Positions 1-9,293 of a DNA stretch of 32,000 nt are shown here, one piece after another. The stretch covers positions 3,810,001 to 3,842,000 of the forward strand of contig JAIZWK010000001.1 of the NCBI GenBank assembly GCA_021498095.1, written 5' to 3'. Under the pieces are notes generated by a model. That model saw nothing but the letters and a program-made list of their open reading frames with translations. It was not told the origin of the DNA and ran no database searches. Made by a program: the position numbers and the translations under genes. This DNA comes from Candidatus Harpocratesius repetitus (GTDB taxonomy: Archaea; Asgardarchaeota; Lokiarchaeia; Sigyniarchaeales; Promethearchaeaceae). How positions within the stretch are numbered: position 1 is the first letter of the stretch; each line of letters starts with the position of its first letter.

Positions 1-384
1 TCCATGCCTCCAAATTTTCAGTACGAAATTTATTTGGAATCACTTAAAAATATTGCAAAAATTAATCCAGAAATACTAGGAGTATGCCACTATGGTGCTA
101 TAAGTGGAAAATCCGATGTGCAATATTATTTAGATGATCAAATTAAATACATGGAAGATTTACGAAAAGCAATAATAAAACATTATGCAGAGGAACCCAG
201 TGTGCGCTATGTTATTGAAGAATTGAAGAAAGATCAACTTCATATAAAAAATAGGATAGGAAACCGATTTACAAATGATCCAGTTAGTGAAAGATTTCTC
301 AACAATCTTCAATTGGCTTTAACTTATGGTATAATGATTGATCTTGGATATAGAAATTCAAAATATGAAAAAAGAAGCGTTTAG
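1..384 (+). CDS. C-terminal part of a probable MBL-fold metallo-hydrolase (5'-truncated by the window edge)
   Basis: The frame is open from base 1 (tcc atg cct...). PPNFQYEIYLESLKNIAKINPEILGVCHYG resembles the C-terminal PP..F....Y..SL..L....P..L...H(F/Y)G segment of MBL-fold hydrolases. The HxHxDH motif would lie outside the window. Confidence 0.55.
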   Translation, partial: SMPPNFQYEIYLESLKNIAKINPEILGVCHYGAISGKSDVQYYLDDQIKYMEDLRKAIIKHYAEEPSVRYVIEELKKDQLHIKNRIGNRFTNDPVSERFLNNLQLALTYGIMIDLGYRNSKYEKRSV

Positions 385-407
385 ACGCAGATCAACAATT
401 TATGAAT

Positions 408-3404
408 CTATTTCATTTGCAAAATAATTTCATCTATAATATCTTGAAAATTCAAGTCTGAATTTGAAAAGAAGCATTGAACTGAAGCTTTTTTGCCTCC
501 ACCTTTACCTTGAAATTTCTCAATAACAGGTTTAAAGTATGCAGTTAAATCAATATCTGGGGAGTTTTCATTGCGTAATGCAATGACATTCCACCCTTTT
601 GCACTCTGACCCCCAAGAATTACAATGAGGTTTTTTTCTTTTTTTAAGAGTTTTTTAGCAAGATTAATGAGTAATTTATTATCCACCTCTTTATAATAAG
701 CAGAAATAAGAGAGCATTTGGAAAGTTCTTGAATTGAGTTTAATAAATCTTGAATATTCTTTTCTCCCATAATTTGACTGATTTTTTGAATATTTTGCTT
801 CATTGTTTCCCATTCTTGCTTAAATTTCTGAATTCTTGTAACTAAGCTTTCAATGGAACTTCCAAGTTCTTTACTTAATATTTTAAGGGGATCTTCATCC
901 GAAGGATTAAATTCAGATAATTCTAAGGCAGATGGTTCAACTACTCCTTTATTTTTTGCTTTTCTTAATTGTTTCCATTTGTAAATCAATTCACGACAAC
1001 GAGTAATCAAGTTTTCTTCAGATGTTTCAAGAATTTCAGATAATTTATGTCGAATTTCAGAATAATGGGCTAGTAATTTTTCAGTGGCTTCTCCTGCAGT
1101 AAAAGTTAATCTAACAATTCCATCTTGAATTTTTTGAGACTTTATAATCTTTATTCTTCCAATCTCAGCAGTGTTATTTACATGTGTACCTCCACAAGCT
1201 TCGATGTCCACCTCTGGAATTTCAACAATCCTTAGTTTTTGACCTGGAACTGCCCCACCTTGATATAATCCCATCCCATAATTTTCTTCTGCTTCAGTTC
1301 TTTCCATAAATCGATGATCTAATTTAATTTCCTTTTGGACTATTTCATTAGCTTTTTCTTCTATTCGATGAAGGTCTTCTTCAGAAATATTTTCAAAATG
1401 GGTTATATCCAAATGTGCTTTTTCAAGAGTCTTCTTAGCACCTGCTTGGTTAATATGATTTCCTAAAACGGCTCTTGCGGCAGCATTCACAACATGAGTG
1501 GCACTATGATGAAAAGTAAGAAGATTTCTGCGATTTTGATCAATTTTTACTTGAACTTTATCTCCTTCTTTAAAATTGGGAGGTTTATTAAGAATATGCA
1601 CTATTGTATGTCCAAGAGTAATGACATCTTTAAATGGAACACCATTTATCCATCCATTGTCGTGCAACTGCCCACCAGAAGTCGGATAGGCACAACTTTG
1701 GTCCAAAATTACAGCCCAAGCATCTTGTTTTCGATTAGTTTTCGATTCATTTTCATTTTCATTTTTATTATCATTTTCTTCATCAGAAAATTCATGATTA
1801 ATTGGTTGAATCATTAATACTTTTGCAGAATTTTCATATTTTCGATAATCATCATAATATAATCGTTTGGTTGGTGGAAGATTATCAATAGAAATGTCAA
1901 GAGCTTTATGTGTGGCATGAATTTGTGAGACTTGTTCATGTAAAGCAATTACTTTCTTATAAAAATCATCAGGGATTTCAATGTTTATTCCACGCTTTTT
2001 TGCTGCAGTTTGGATTATTTCAGGGTTTATTCCATTACTATCATACAGCTCAAGGAGCTTTTCTTCTGATATTTCTGATTTCTTTAATATTCGAGCAACT
2101 ATTTTATCAGCTTCCTTTTTAGTTGCATAAAACTTTTCTTTTTCTACATTTAGAACTCTTTTCACTTCATTTAAATTTTCACTGACTTCAGGAAACAAAT
2201 CATGTAATTCTTCAGCATGCCACTCACAAACTTCACCTAAATCAATTTGCCATCCAAATTGATCTATAAAACCCATAGCGCGTCGAAAAATTGCACGTAA
2301 ATTGTAACCACCACCAACATTAGATGGTAGTTTTCCATCAGAAATTGCGAATAGTAAGGCACGGCTATGTTCAGCAATAGAATAAAGTGCTGTCATGGGA
2401 AGAATCTTGGATCGTAATTCATCTGCATGTAAACCCATTTTTTCAGCAACTAAATTCCATGCTTCTTTCATATCATCGACTTCATCATTATTTAGAAAAG
2501 CAGAATATTGAGAAAAACGATTAAAGAGAGCATGATCTGCTTCAACGTGCGTGATGTCACGAAGGCGTTTTAAAACGAGAGGAAAGATAGCATCATATAT
2601 TGTGGGGGTTCCTTGTGAAAACCAAGCTACACGTTCTTGACCTAACCCCATATCTAATACTTTAATTTTCAGCGGTTTTGGTCCATTTGGAGTCTGTTCA
2701 TATAACATATATACTTGATTAAAAAGCTCTACGCCACGACTGAAAAACTCCAAACAAGAACCAAAATTACCACCCCCTGCCCAAGCATCTTCATGAATTT
2801 TAAATTCTTTTTTGTCTAGACCAACACCTTCAACCAGAAAATCAAATATATCTTGAAAAGCTTGTGCTTGATCCCATTCTTGTTCATTTACAAATTGGTG
2901 CTGACCAATCATGACAAAACCAGTGCAATGACTTCCAGTGATCCCAACATTTTCTATATCACCAAATCGTAAGCAGAATTGTGGGATAATTAGCTTTTTT
3001 GCAGGAGGACGAACTTCACCAGATATTACGTAAGGTTGAAATGCAGCTATCGATGCAATTGTAAATTCAGTAGTAGGATTCCAACGGGCAACGACGGGAT
3101 ATCTTTTCAAAGGTTTGTAGCCTCTGGGTTCAAGTATTTCAACAATTTTTTGCCAAACTCCAATAAAACTCAAACGATTCTTGGTAGGGTTATTGTCAAC
3201 AACTTGAAATCCCGCGTTGCAACCAGGTTCACCACAAACTTCATCAGGAACATTACTCCAAAAGAATTTTCCGCATTTAGAACAACTATATCTTTGAAAT
3301 CCATTTCGTTTCAGTGCTTCTGTAGGATAATACAGTTCAGGATGTAAAGAAGCAGTTTTTTTAAATTGTTTCTTCTGTTCCTTATCCGTTAAAATTTGTC
3401 CCAT
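408..3404 (-). CDS. alaS: Alanine--tRNA ligase, archaeal type
   Basis: 998 aa. N-terminal CSKCGKFFWS...CGEPGC knuckle, RYPVVARW and FTIASIAAFQP, class II motif GSHCTGFVMIGQH, DMGLGQER, editing-site HHSATH and ACGGTHV, C-terminal GKGGG (C-Ala/DHHA1). Confidence 0.98.
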   Translation of the reverse strand: MGQILTDKEQKKQFKKTASLHPELYYPTEALKRNGFQRYSCSKCGKFFWSNVPDEVCGEPGCNAGFQVVDNNPTKNRLSFIGVWQKIVEILEPRGYKPLKRYPVVARWNPTTEFTIASIAAFQPYVISGEVRPPAKKLIIPQFCLRFGDIENVGITGSHCTGFVMIGQHQFVNEQEWDQAQAFQDIFDFLVEGVGLDKKEFKIHEDAWAGGGNFGSCLEFFSRGVELFNQVYMLYEQTPNGPKPLKIKVLDMGLGQERVAWFSQGTPTIYDAIFPLVLKRLRDITHVEADHALFNRFSQYSAFLNNDEVDDMKEAWNLVAEKMGLHADELRSKILPMTALYSIAEHSRALLFAISDGKLPSNVGGGYNLRAIFRRAMGFIDQFGWQIDLGEVCEWHAEELHDLFPEVSENLNEVKRVLNVEKEKFYATKKEADKIVARILKKSEISEEKLLELYDSNGINPEIIQTAAKKRGINIEIPDDFYKKVIALHEQVSQIHATHKALDISIDNLPPTKRLYYDDYRKYENSAKVLMIQPINHEFSDEENDNKNENENESKTNRKQDAWAVILDQSCAYPTSGGQLHDNGWINGVPFKDVITLGHTIVHILNKPPNFKEGDKVQVKIDQNRRNLLTFHHSATHVVNAAARAVLGNHINQAGAKKTLEKAHLDITHFENISEEDLHRIEEKANEIVQKEIKLDHRFMERTEAEENYGMGLYQGGAVPGQKLRIVEIPEVDIEACGGTHVNNTAEIGRIKIIKSQKIQDGIVRLTFTAGEATEKLLAHYSEIRHKLSEILETSEENLITRCRELIYKWKQLRKAKNKGVVEPSALELSEFNPSDEDPLKILSKELGSSIESLVTRIQKFKQEWETMKQNIQKISQIMGEKNIQDLLNSIQELSKCSLISAYYKEVDNKLLINLAKKLLKKEKNLIVILGGQSAKGWNVIALRNENSPDIDLTAYFKPVIEKFQGKGGGKKASVQCFFSNSDLNFQDIIDEIILQMK

Positions 3405-3544
3405 GCGCGTTCATCCTTAGAAATATAGGAATTTAGAAAAATTTTGCGGCTCAAAGAAATAAGAGTGAGTTAGTTTTTCATTATTGTAATGAGCAACATA
3501 AAATTGTAGTGATTTAAATAGGTGAGTTTATTATAATTTTTACG

Positions 3545-3763
3545 ATGAATATGAATCGTCTAAAATGGGGGTTATTACTTGGAGGGATTGTTGGGTTATT
3601 TATTATTTCGATAACTAATAATCCAATTGCAATTTTTGGTTATTTTGGCTTATATTTATGTTTAACAGTTGCAATATTTCAATATTTCTTTAAGTCTCCT
3701 GAAAATCCTCAAAAAATACATGTTATTTCTTCGATCTCAATCGATAAAGCAAAATTTGATTAA
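3545..3763 (+). CDS. Small membrane protein with two predicted TM helices
   Basis: 72 aa with ATG start and two hydrophobic stretches. It fills the gap between alaS and the next gene, and its stop overlaps the convergent stop in the palindrome TTAA at 3760-3763. Confidence 0.6.
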   Translation: MNMNRLKWGLLLGGIVGLFIISITNNPIAIFGYFGLYLCLTVAIFQYFFKSPENPQKIHVISSISIDKAKFD

Positions 3764-4644
3764 TTTTGTTTTGTAATTTGTTGATATTCCGACGATTGAT
3801 TTAATGATAAAATCTTTGGTTCTGAGGTATTTCGTAGACTTAAATAAATGAAAATAGGTGAAAGCATCCAAATTAAGTGCCCAATAGTATATAAGATCAT
3901 ACGAATGGAAGTTTCAGTTAAATAGGGATGAAAAATTTCAGATAAAATACCAGTAAAGAACCAGTAATAATCACCAAATGTAAATAGGGCAACACCAAGA
4001 AAAATATACCATATCTTCCGTCGTAAAGATTTTCTTTCTATATCGCGAATTATAGAGATCAATACAGCACCTAGCACAACAGTTGCAAGTGTAAATAAAA
4101 ATATGATTAGATAGAGCCCAAGAGACGCTAATCCTGTCCATTCGGCATTAACCAACACTTTATTATCAATTTTTCGAATTTGAATACGATCACCTATTAC
4201 TGCCAAAACAGTGATAAAAAGAATAGTAAAATTCATTAGTCGATTTTGAAAGAACATCCGATTTGTTCGGTGTTCTCCATATTTTAAATAAAAACTAAGA
4301 ATGAGATAGACCCATGCCATTAAAATGGCACCAGTCATAGCTATATCGCGAAGGATATTTGCAATATAAAGCGATGGAATCGTTAATGGATAACCTTTAT
4401 AAATTTTATTTGCCATGTCAGATGAAAGTGAAAAAGGAGCAATTAAGTAAATAATACAATCTAGAGTTATGTAGAGAAGCCACCCTCCAATTCCGATTAA
4501 GAATAATAATGTTAAATGGGGAATTCGCCCATCTTGATCTCTAAGTTTTTTCAATTTTTTTAAAATTTTAAGGAAGATGATAAAATATAAAATAGATTCG
4601 AAAATTTTAGGAATGATTAAATAAAGTTGCATCTCTTCATACAT
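3760..4644 (-). CDS. Uncharacterised integral membrane protein with about 7 TM helices
   Basis: 294 aa with seven hydrophobic segments separated by basic loops. No catalytic motif recognised. Confidence 0.8.
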   Translation of the reverse strand: MYEEMQLYLIIPKIFESILYFIIFLKILKKLKKLRDQDGRIPHLTLLFLIGIGGWLLYITLDCIIYLIAPFSLSSDMANKIYKGYPLTIPSLYIANILRDIAMTGAILMAWVYLILSFYLKYGEHRTNRMFFQNRLMNFTILFITVLAVIGDRIQIRKIDNKVLVNAEWTGLASLGLYLIIFLFTLATVVLGAVLISIIRDIERKSLRRKIWYIFLGVALFTFGDYYWFFTGILSEIFHPYLTETSIRMILYTIGHLIWMLSPIFIYLSLRNTSEPKILSLNQSSEYQQITKQN

Positions 4645-4800
4645 TGTATTTGTACTTCCAGCTTCTATATCTAAAAATAAAAAATATCATTTTAAATATA
4701 TTTCATAAACTAAATTTTGGGAGATCATCACAAATTTTTTCTTTAAAAAGAAATCAGCTAACTTTTTAACAACCAGATCACATAGTTATTTTGATTTTTC

Positions 4801-6495
4801 GTGAATTCCAAAGAAAACTCTTCAAATCTTTCAAAAGAGCGTCTAGAAAAAGATCAAATTAAAGACTTAAAAGATATTCGTGATGAAATTGATAAACAAC
4901 TTCGAGAAGCTAAAAACACTTTGGAAGAAACTACTATCAATGACGAAGAAGATCGACAAGAATTAGATTTAAACTTAAAAGACCTTCAACAAAAAATTGA
5001 GCAACAAAAAGAAGTTTTAGCAGACTTAAATGAGCAAATTAGAAACCAACAAGAGGTTTTGGATAAATACAACAAAAAACTCTCAGGTATTGAATCATTA
5101 TACAATCAAAAAGAGACAAATTTAGACAACTTAAATAAAAAAATAGAAGGATTAATACAACAAAGGGAAATTTTAGAAGATTTAGAAAACCACCTTAAAG
5201 CTTCAATTGATTCATTACAAAAAAAATCTACTGAAATGGAAACAAATTTAAGTTCAGTTACTCGCAAACATCTTAAAATAATAGAAGATGTATCAAATCT
5301 TCAAAATCAATATAATCTTTTGTCTTCTGAGTTTTCAGACAAAAAAAACTACTTAAACACTTTAGACCAAGAGATCTTAGAAGATAGAAATACTTTAACA
5401 GCAATTAAATCAGAGATAAATGAAAAAGAAGATCAATTAACTAAACTCAAAGAATCTTTATCATTACGTGAAAAATATCTAGAAGATTTAGAAAAAAAAA
5501 TTTTAGAGAGACAGCAAAATTTAACAACAATTGCTGAGAAGTTTAGTTATTATGATCATGATTTACCCATAAAAGAAAAAGAATATACAGAATTATCAAC
5601 CAAAATTGAAGAAGCAAATGAAAAAATATTAGAAATGAAAGAATATTTAGAAAGACTTGAAAGAGACAGGATTGAATATACCGAAAAACATAAGCAAATC
5701 AAATTAGAATATACTGAAAAAGAGCAAGAATTAACAAATTTAAAATCTGCAATAGATGTTCGTGAGAAGTATCTGCAGCAGATCCAACAAAAAATCGAAA
5801 AGATTACAGAAAAATTAATGCAAATAACCGAAAAACACACAGATTTATCAGAAGAAATCCCAAAACTAGAAAAAAGAAATTCAGATCTTTTACAAAATAT
5901 TAAATTATTAGAAAAGCATTATGAAGAAAGAAATAACCAACTTAAAACACTATCAGAGCAAGTAGAAATACAGACATCTAATTTTGAGCGATTAATAGAA
6001 AAGATAAAGGGAAATGAAACAATTCTTTCTCAGCAAGCGCAGCGCATGAAAGAATTTGATAATGAATACCAAAAAAAGAAAAATGAGAAAGAAAAGATCG
6101 AAAAACAATATAATATTCTTTCAGATAAATTGACAGATGCACAAGAAGAATTCGAGAAACTAGATCAAAAAAAACTCAATTCAGAACGAAATCTTAAAGA
6201 AGCAGAAAATAATCTCAAAGCATTAAGAAAAAAATTGGGTTCTATGGAAAAGTCTATTCGTGAAGCAGAATCTCGGATTCAAGAAAATATGGTTTTAACA
6301 AAAATACGAATTATTGCAAAATTGTATGGAGGAACAGTTTTTATCATTGGATTAAGTTTATTCATTTTTGGTTTAATTTTAATGTTAAATCCATTTTCTC
6401 TTACAATTGATTTTCTGCAAAACTTAACAATATTGCTGTTTATTTCAGGTGGAGTATTATTATTTTTAAGTGGATTATTGCATATGAGCACTTGA
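4801..6495 (+). CDS. Long coiled-coil protein with two C-terminal TM helices
   Basis: 564 aa, GTG start. About 500 aa of E/K/Q/L heptads, then LYGGTVFIIGLSLFIFGLILML and LTILLFISGGVLLFLSGLL. No signal peptide and no Walker A motif, so not a true SMC. Confidence 0.85.
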   Translation: MNSKENSSNLSKERLEKDQIKDLKDIRDEIDKQLREAKNTLEETTINDEEDRQELDLNLKDLQQKIEQQKEVLADLNEQIRNQQEVLDKYNKKLSGIESLYNQKETNLDNLNKKIEGLIQQREILEDLENHLKASIDSLQKKSTEMETNLSSVTRKHLKIIEDVSNLQNQYNLLSSEFSDKKNYLNTLDQEILEDRNTLTAIKSEINEKEDQLTKLKESLSLREKYLEDLEKKILERQQNLTTIAEKFSYYDHDLPIKEKEYTELSTKIEEANEKILEMKEYLERLERDRIEYTEKHKQIKLEYTEKEQELTNLKSAIDVREKYLQQIQQKIEKITEKLMQITEKHTDLSEEIPKLEKRNSDLLQNIKLLEKHYEERNNQLKTLSEQVEIQTSNFERLIEKIKGNETILSQQAQRMKEFDNEYQKKKNEKEKIEKQYNILSDKLTDAQEEFEKLDQKKLNSERNLKEAENNLKALRKKLGSMEKSIREAESRIQENMVLTKIRIIAKLYGGTVFIIGLSLFIFGLILMLNPFSLTIDFLQNLTILLFISGGVLLFLSGLLHMST

Positions 6496-6547
6496 GATAT
6501 GATTTGATAATATGAAATAATAATCTACAAAAAAGATTTATAGCAAG

Positions 6548-8455
6548 TTGAGAATAATGGAGCGTTTATCATACAAACCGATAGATCAAATTCACCAAAT
6601 TTTTAAAAATTTAGGATTTGAAGCATCAGGAAGATATCAAAACTATTTTCGGTATAATATTATCACAGAACCAGAAACAACAATAATTTTTGGCTTAAAA
6701 ATTCCTGTTTACCTTCCAATTCAATTTGATTTCCCAATTGAATTGTGCTCATTTACAATGTCGTTTTATTTTCGACCTCGTTGGCTTGATGAAAAGTTTG
6801 AAGCCTTTTTAACTCAATTTGTTTCGAATATTCTTGATTATTTTAATTATCTGTATGATGAATATCCATTAAATCACGATTTTAAATTAACATCTTTTGA
6901 ATCTGAATTCCAGCAAATATTTAAGCAGATTTTTTCTTCTAAGGCACCTTTTTCTTTAGATGATAATAATTCTGAATATAATCTTTATCAAATGATGCGA
7001 TTAAATTTGATTAAAAAGGATGATTTTTTCTATAATCATTTTCATGAAATTTCTCATTTATATGATGAAATTGCAAAACACAATTATTTTAACCAAACTT
7101 CTGAATTTCCTGCAGAACTTATTTCAAATTTTCCCTATGGTCGCGAGAATTTGGCAATTATTTATTGTGATCAAACTTTTTCTGAATATTTCATTGGTGA
7201 ACCAAGTTCTATATCTTACTGGTCAAATTCAACTTACAAAAATATATGGATCCGATTTGGGTTAGAATCTCATTTAATTTTACCACTTCTTCAGATAAAA
7301 AGTCAAAATAACTTATTTAATATTAATATAATTGACCTTGTTGAAGATTGGATTGATTATTGGCGCAGTATCTCAAATGAAATTATCCTTTTCTTAAAAT
7401 CTCAAGCTAATATCAATTCACAATTTTTACAACCATTTTCTGAGCGTAAGTTCTTGCTTGATAAGAAAAATTTTGATATTTGTTATGGTCTTTTCTTTCC
7501 AACATTAGTATTAGAAGGATTTAAGTCTTTTTTAAAGACCCAACCAAAATATAATAAATTAGATCATCCACCTCAAAATTTTCACGAAATATTATATCTT
7601 GAACGGTTACAACATGCAAGATTTCTATTTTATCAAGATAATTGGTTAAATATCGAGAAAATAATAACCCCGATATTAAATCAAATTGATTTTGAAAAAT
7701 TCCCAAATTATACTATAGATTCATATTTTTTATTAGCTGAAACATCAGTAAAACTTAAGAGTTTTACTCAAGCAATAAATTTTTTAGTTAAAGCACTCGA
7801 CGTGGCAAAATTAGGACAAACTTCGTTATCAAAGATCTGTGAATTGCATTTTAAGATAATGCAATATGCATATTATAGAAGTAATGACACAATTAAAGAT
7901 AAACATGAACAAATTCTTTCTAAAATAATATCTTCACTTCCAAATGGCAAAAAACGATCAAAATTGGCAATTCAAGTAGAATTATGGTATGCAGAATGGG
8001 AAATAAATGAAGATTGGCGAGATTTAGCAGAGAATAGATTGCTAAACATAAAAAATCCTGGAAAATATAAAATAGACTATGAAATTAAAGTAAATTATTT
8101 ATGGGCACAATACTTCAAAAAGAAAAATGATTTAGACAAAATGTGGGCATATTATGAAAAAAATTTTAAATTTTCTAAACGAAAAAACTTCATTCTTGGC
8201 ATGTCTTATTTATATTATGTATCTGAACATTTTCTGCAACCAAATTTCACCCAATTTCTTTATAAAGGATTTCAAATGCTTCAAAAAGCAGCTGATTTTT
8301 TTGATTTTAGACAACCGCGAGATCTATTCAAACTTACAGAGATATTAACAAAATTAATCGAAATTTGTTTCCAACTACATAATGATGAATTAGCAGCACA
8401 ATATCAAAAGCAATTAAGTGCTTGTCATTCGGTTATATCTTTTTTTACTCTCTAA
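6548..8455 (+). CDS. Hypothetical protein with a TPR-like alpha-solenoid C-terminal half
   Basis: 635-aa ORF (ATG at 6557 is a likely start). Helical-repeat segments such as SYFLLAETSVKLKSFTQAINFLVKALDVA and LFKLTEILTKLIEICFQLHNDELAAQYQKQL. Confidence 0.7.
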   Translation: MRIMERLSYKPIDQIHQIFKNLGFEASGRYQNYFRYNIITEPETTIIFGLKIPVYLPIQFDFPIELCSFTMSFYFRPRWLDEKFEAFLTQFVSNILDYFNYLYDEYPLNHDFKLTSFESEFQQIFKQIFSSKAPFSLDDNNSEYNLYQMMRLNLIKKDDFFYNHFHEISHLYDEIAKHNYFNQTSEFPAELISNFPYGRENLAIIYCDQTFSEYFIGEPSSISYWSNSTYKNIWIRFGLESHLILPLLQIKSQNNLFNINIIDLVEDWIDYWRSISNEIILFLKSQANINSQFLQPFSERKFLLDKKNFDICYGLFFPTLVLEGFKSFLKTQPKYNKLDHPPQNFHEILYLERLQHARFLFYQDNWLNIEKIITPILNQIDFEKFPNYTIDSYFLLAETSVKLKSFTQAINFLVKALDVAKLGQTSLSKICELHFKIMQYAYYRSNDTIKDKHEQILSKIISSLPNGKKRSKLAIQVELWYAEWEINEDWRDLAENRLLNIKNPGKYKIDYEIKVNYLWAQYFKKKNDLDKMWAYYEKNFKFSKRKNFILGMSYLYYVSEHFLQPNFTQFLYKGFQMLQKAADFFDFRQPRDLFKLTEILTKLIEICFQLHNDELAAQYQKQLSACHSVISFFTL

Positions 8456-8728
8456 GAATTTATTTAAATTTTTTTCATGTATCCTCAATTATAGTGCATT
8501 TCTTTTTATTTTGAAAAAATTCAATTATTTTATTTTTTTTTAGAAATTTTCCAATTTTTTATTGGATTTTTATAAAAATCTCAAATTTTCTATTAATAAA
8601 TCATAAATATTTCAGCCTTTGAAAAACAGATATAAAAAAATATACAAAGGAGGGTCATTTGTAGCAATCAGATCAACTATTTTTAAATTGAAAATCTATT
8701 TAATTGATAAAAAGTAAGTTTTGATTAC

Positions 8729-8886
8729 GAGTCGGGCGAATCTATTTTTATATGAGACTCAAAATTAGTCTCGCCCCCAACAGTTGGTTATCCTCCCCTT
8801 CTTCACCAATCTTAGTTGGGTGTTCAATTATTGAGCAGATTTTGCTCATAAACTCCCTCTTTTTATTTTTTAACAAAGCCCGACTC
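8729..8886. ncRNA. Candidate structured non-coding element (ncRNA, 3'-UTR element or MITE-like); family unknown
   Basis: Perfect 9-bp terminal inverted repeat GAGTCGGGC (8729-8737)/GCCCGACTC (8878-8886) enclosing four hairpins. About 40% GC by hand count, inside very AT-rich intergenic DNA between convergent genes. Confidence 0.45.
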
Positions 8887-8912
8887 TTCTCTTCAAATTA
8901 TTTTAATTTACT

Positions 8913-9293
8913 TTAGTCTTCAAAACATTGCATTAGAAAATCGCACACTTCAGGATATTCTTGTAAAATAGCTAATTCTTTTTCTTTAACTTTTTTTTTT
9001 TTAATTCGGAGATTTTTAACGATTTGATGGGATTTAATTATCCAATAAATACCCAAACCTGTAATAAATGCAAAGAGAAAGCTGATTAAAATATTAAAAA
9101 ATGTTATAGATTCAAAATCAACACTTAAAGGATAATAGATGGATCCTAACGAGGGACCTAATAAAGCAAGTGCAATCCCTGTTCTAAATTGGGCTAATTG
9201 AGTACGTTCTTCAGCCAAATAGTTTCGTTCTAAAGCCATTAATGTTCGTAAACGAGCAAGAACTTCAGAGTCAACAGAATTGTTTTTATTCAT
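8913..9293 (-). CDS. DUF202/YidH-family small membrane protein
   Basis: Motif ERNYLAEERTQLAQFRTGIAL followed by two TM helices. Likely ATG at 9293 overlaps the stop of the upstream gene (ATGAATAA); the ORF track extends to 9326. Confidence 0.8.
   Translation of the reverse strand: MNKNNSVDSEVLARLRTLMALERNYLAEERTQLAQFRTGIALALLGPSLGSIYYPLSVDFESITFFNILISFLFAFITGLGIYWIIKSHQIVKNLRIKKKKVKEKELAILQEYPEVCDFLMQCFED

Noticed and set aside
1494-3347. Plus-strand ORFs 1494-1817, 1910-2122 and 3036-3347
   Set aside because: All lie fully antisense within alaS and have no recognisable motifs.
3760-4644. Rhodopsin call for the 7-TM protein
   Set aside because: There is no retinal-binding Lys in TM7.
6493-6560. 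Selenocysteine or readthrough fusion at the TGA ending 4801-6495
   Set aside because: The next ORF is in a different frame, and in-frame stops follow shortly.
8750-8849. 33-codon minus-strand ORF (MSKICSIIEHP...) behind GAGGGAG inside the element
   Set aside because: The SD-like spacing is only 3 nt and there is no recognisable peptide. It cannot be excluded without ribosome profiling.
8729-8886. Identity of the structured element as SRP RNA, RNase P RNA, 5S rRNA or SECIS
   Set aside because: It is too short for archaeal SRP RNA and lacks the helix-8 motif. It lacks the RNase P P4 consensus and any 5S pattern. Its AUGA-containing hairpins are too short and lack the tandem GA core, and no in-frame UGA selenoprotein candidate is adjacent.
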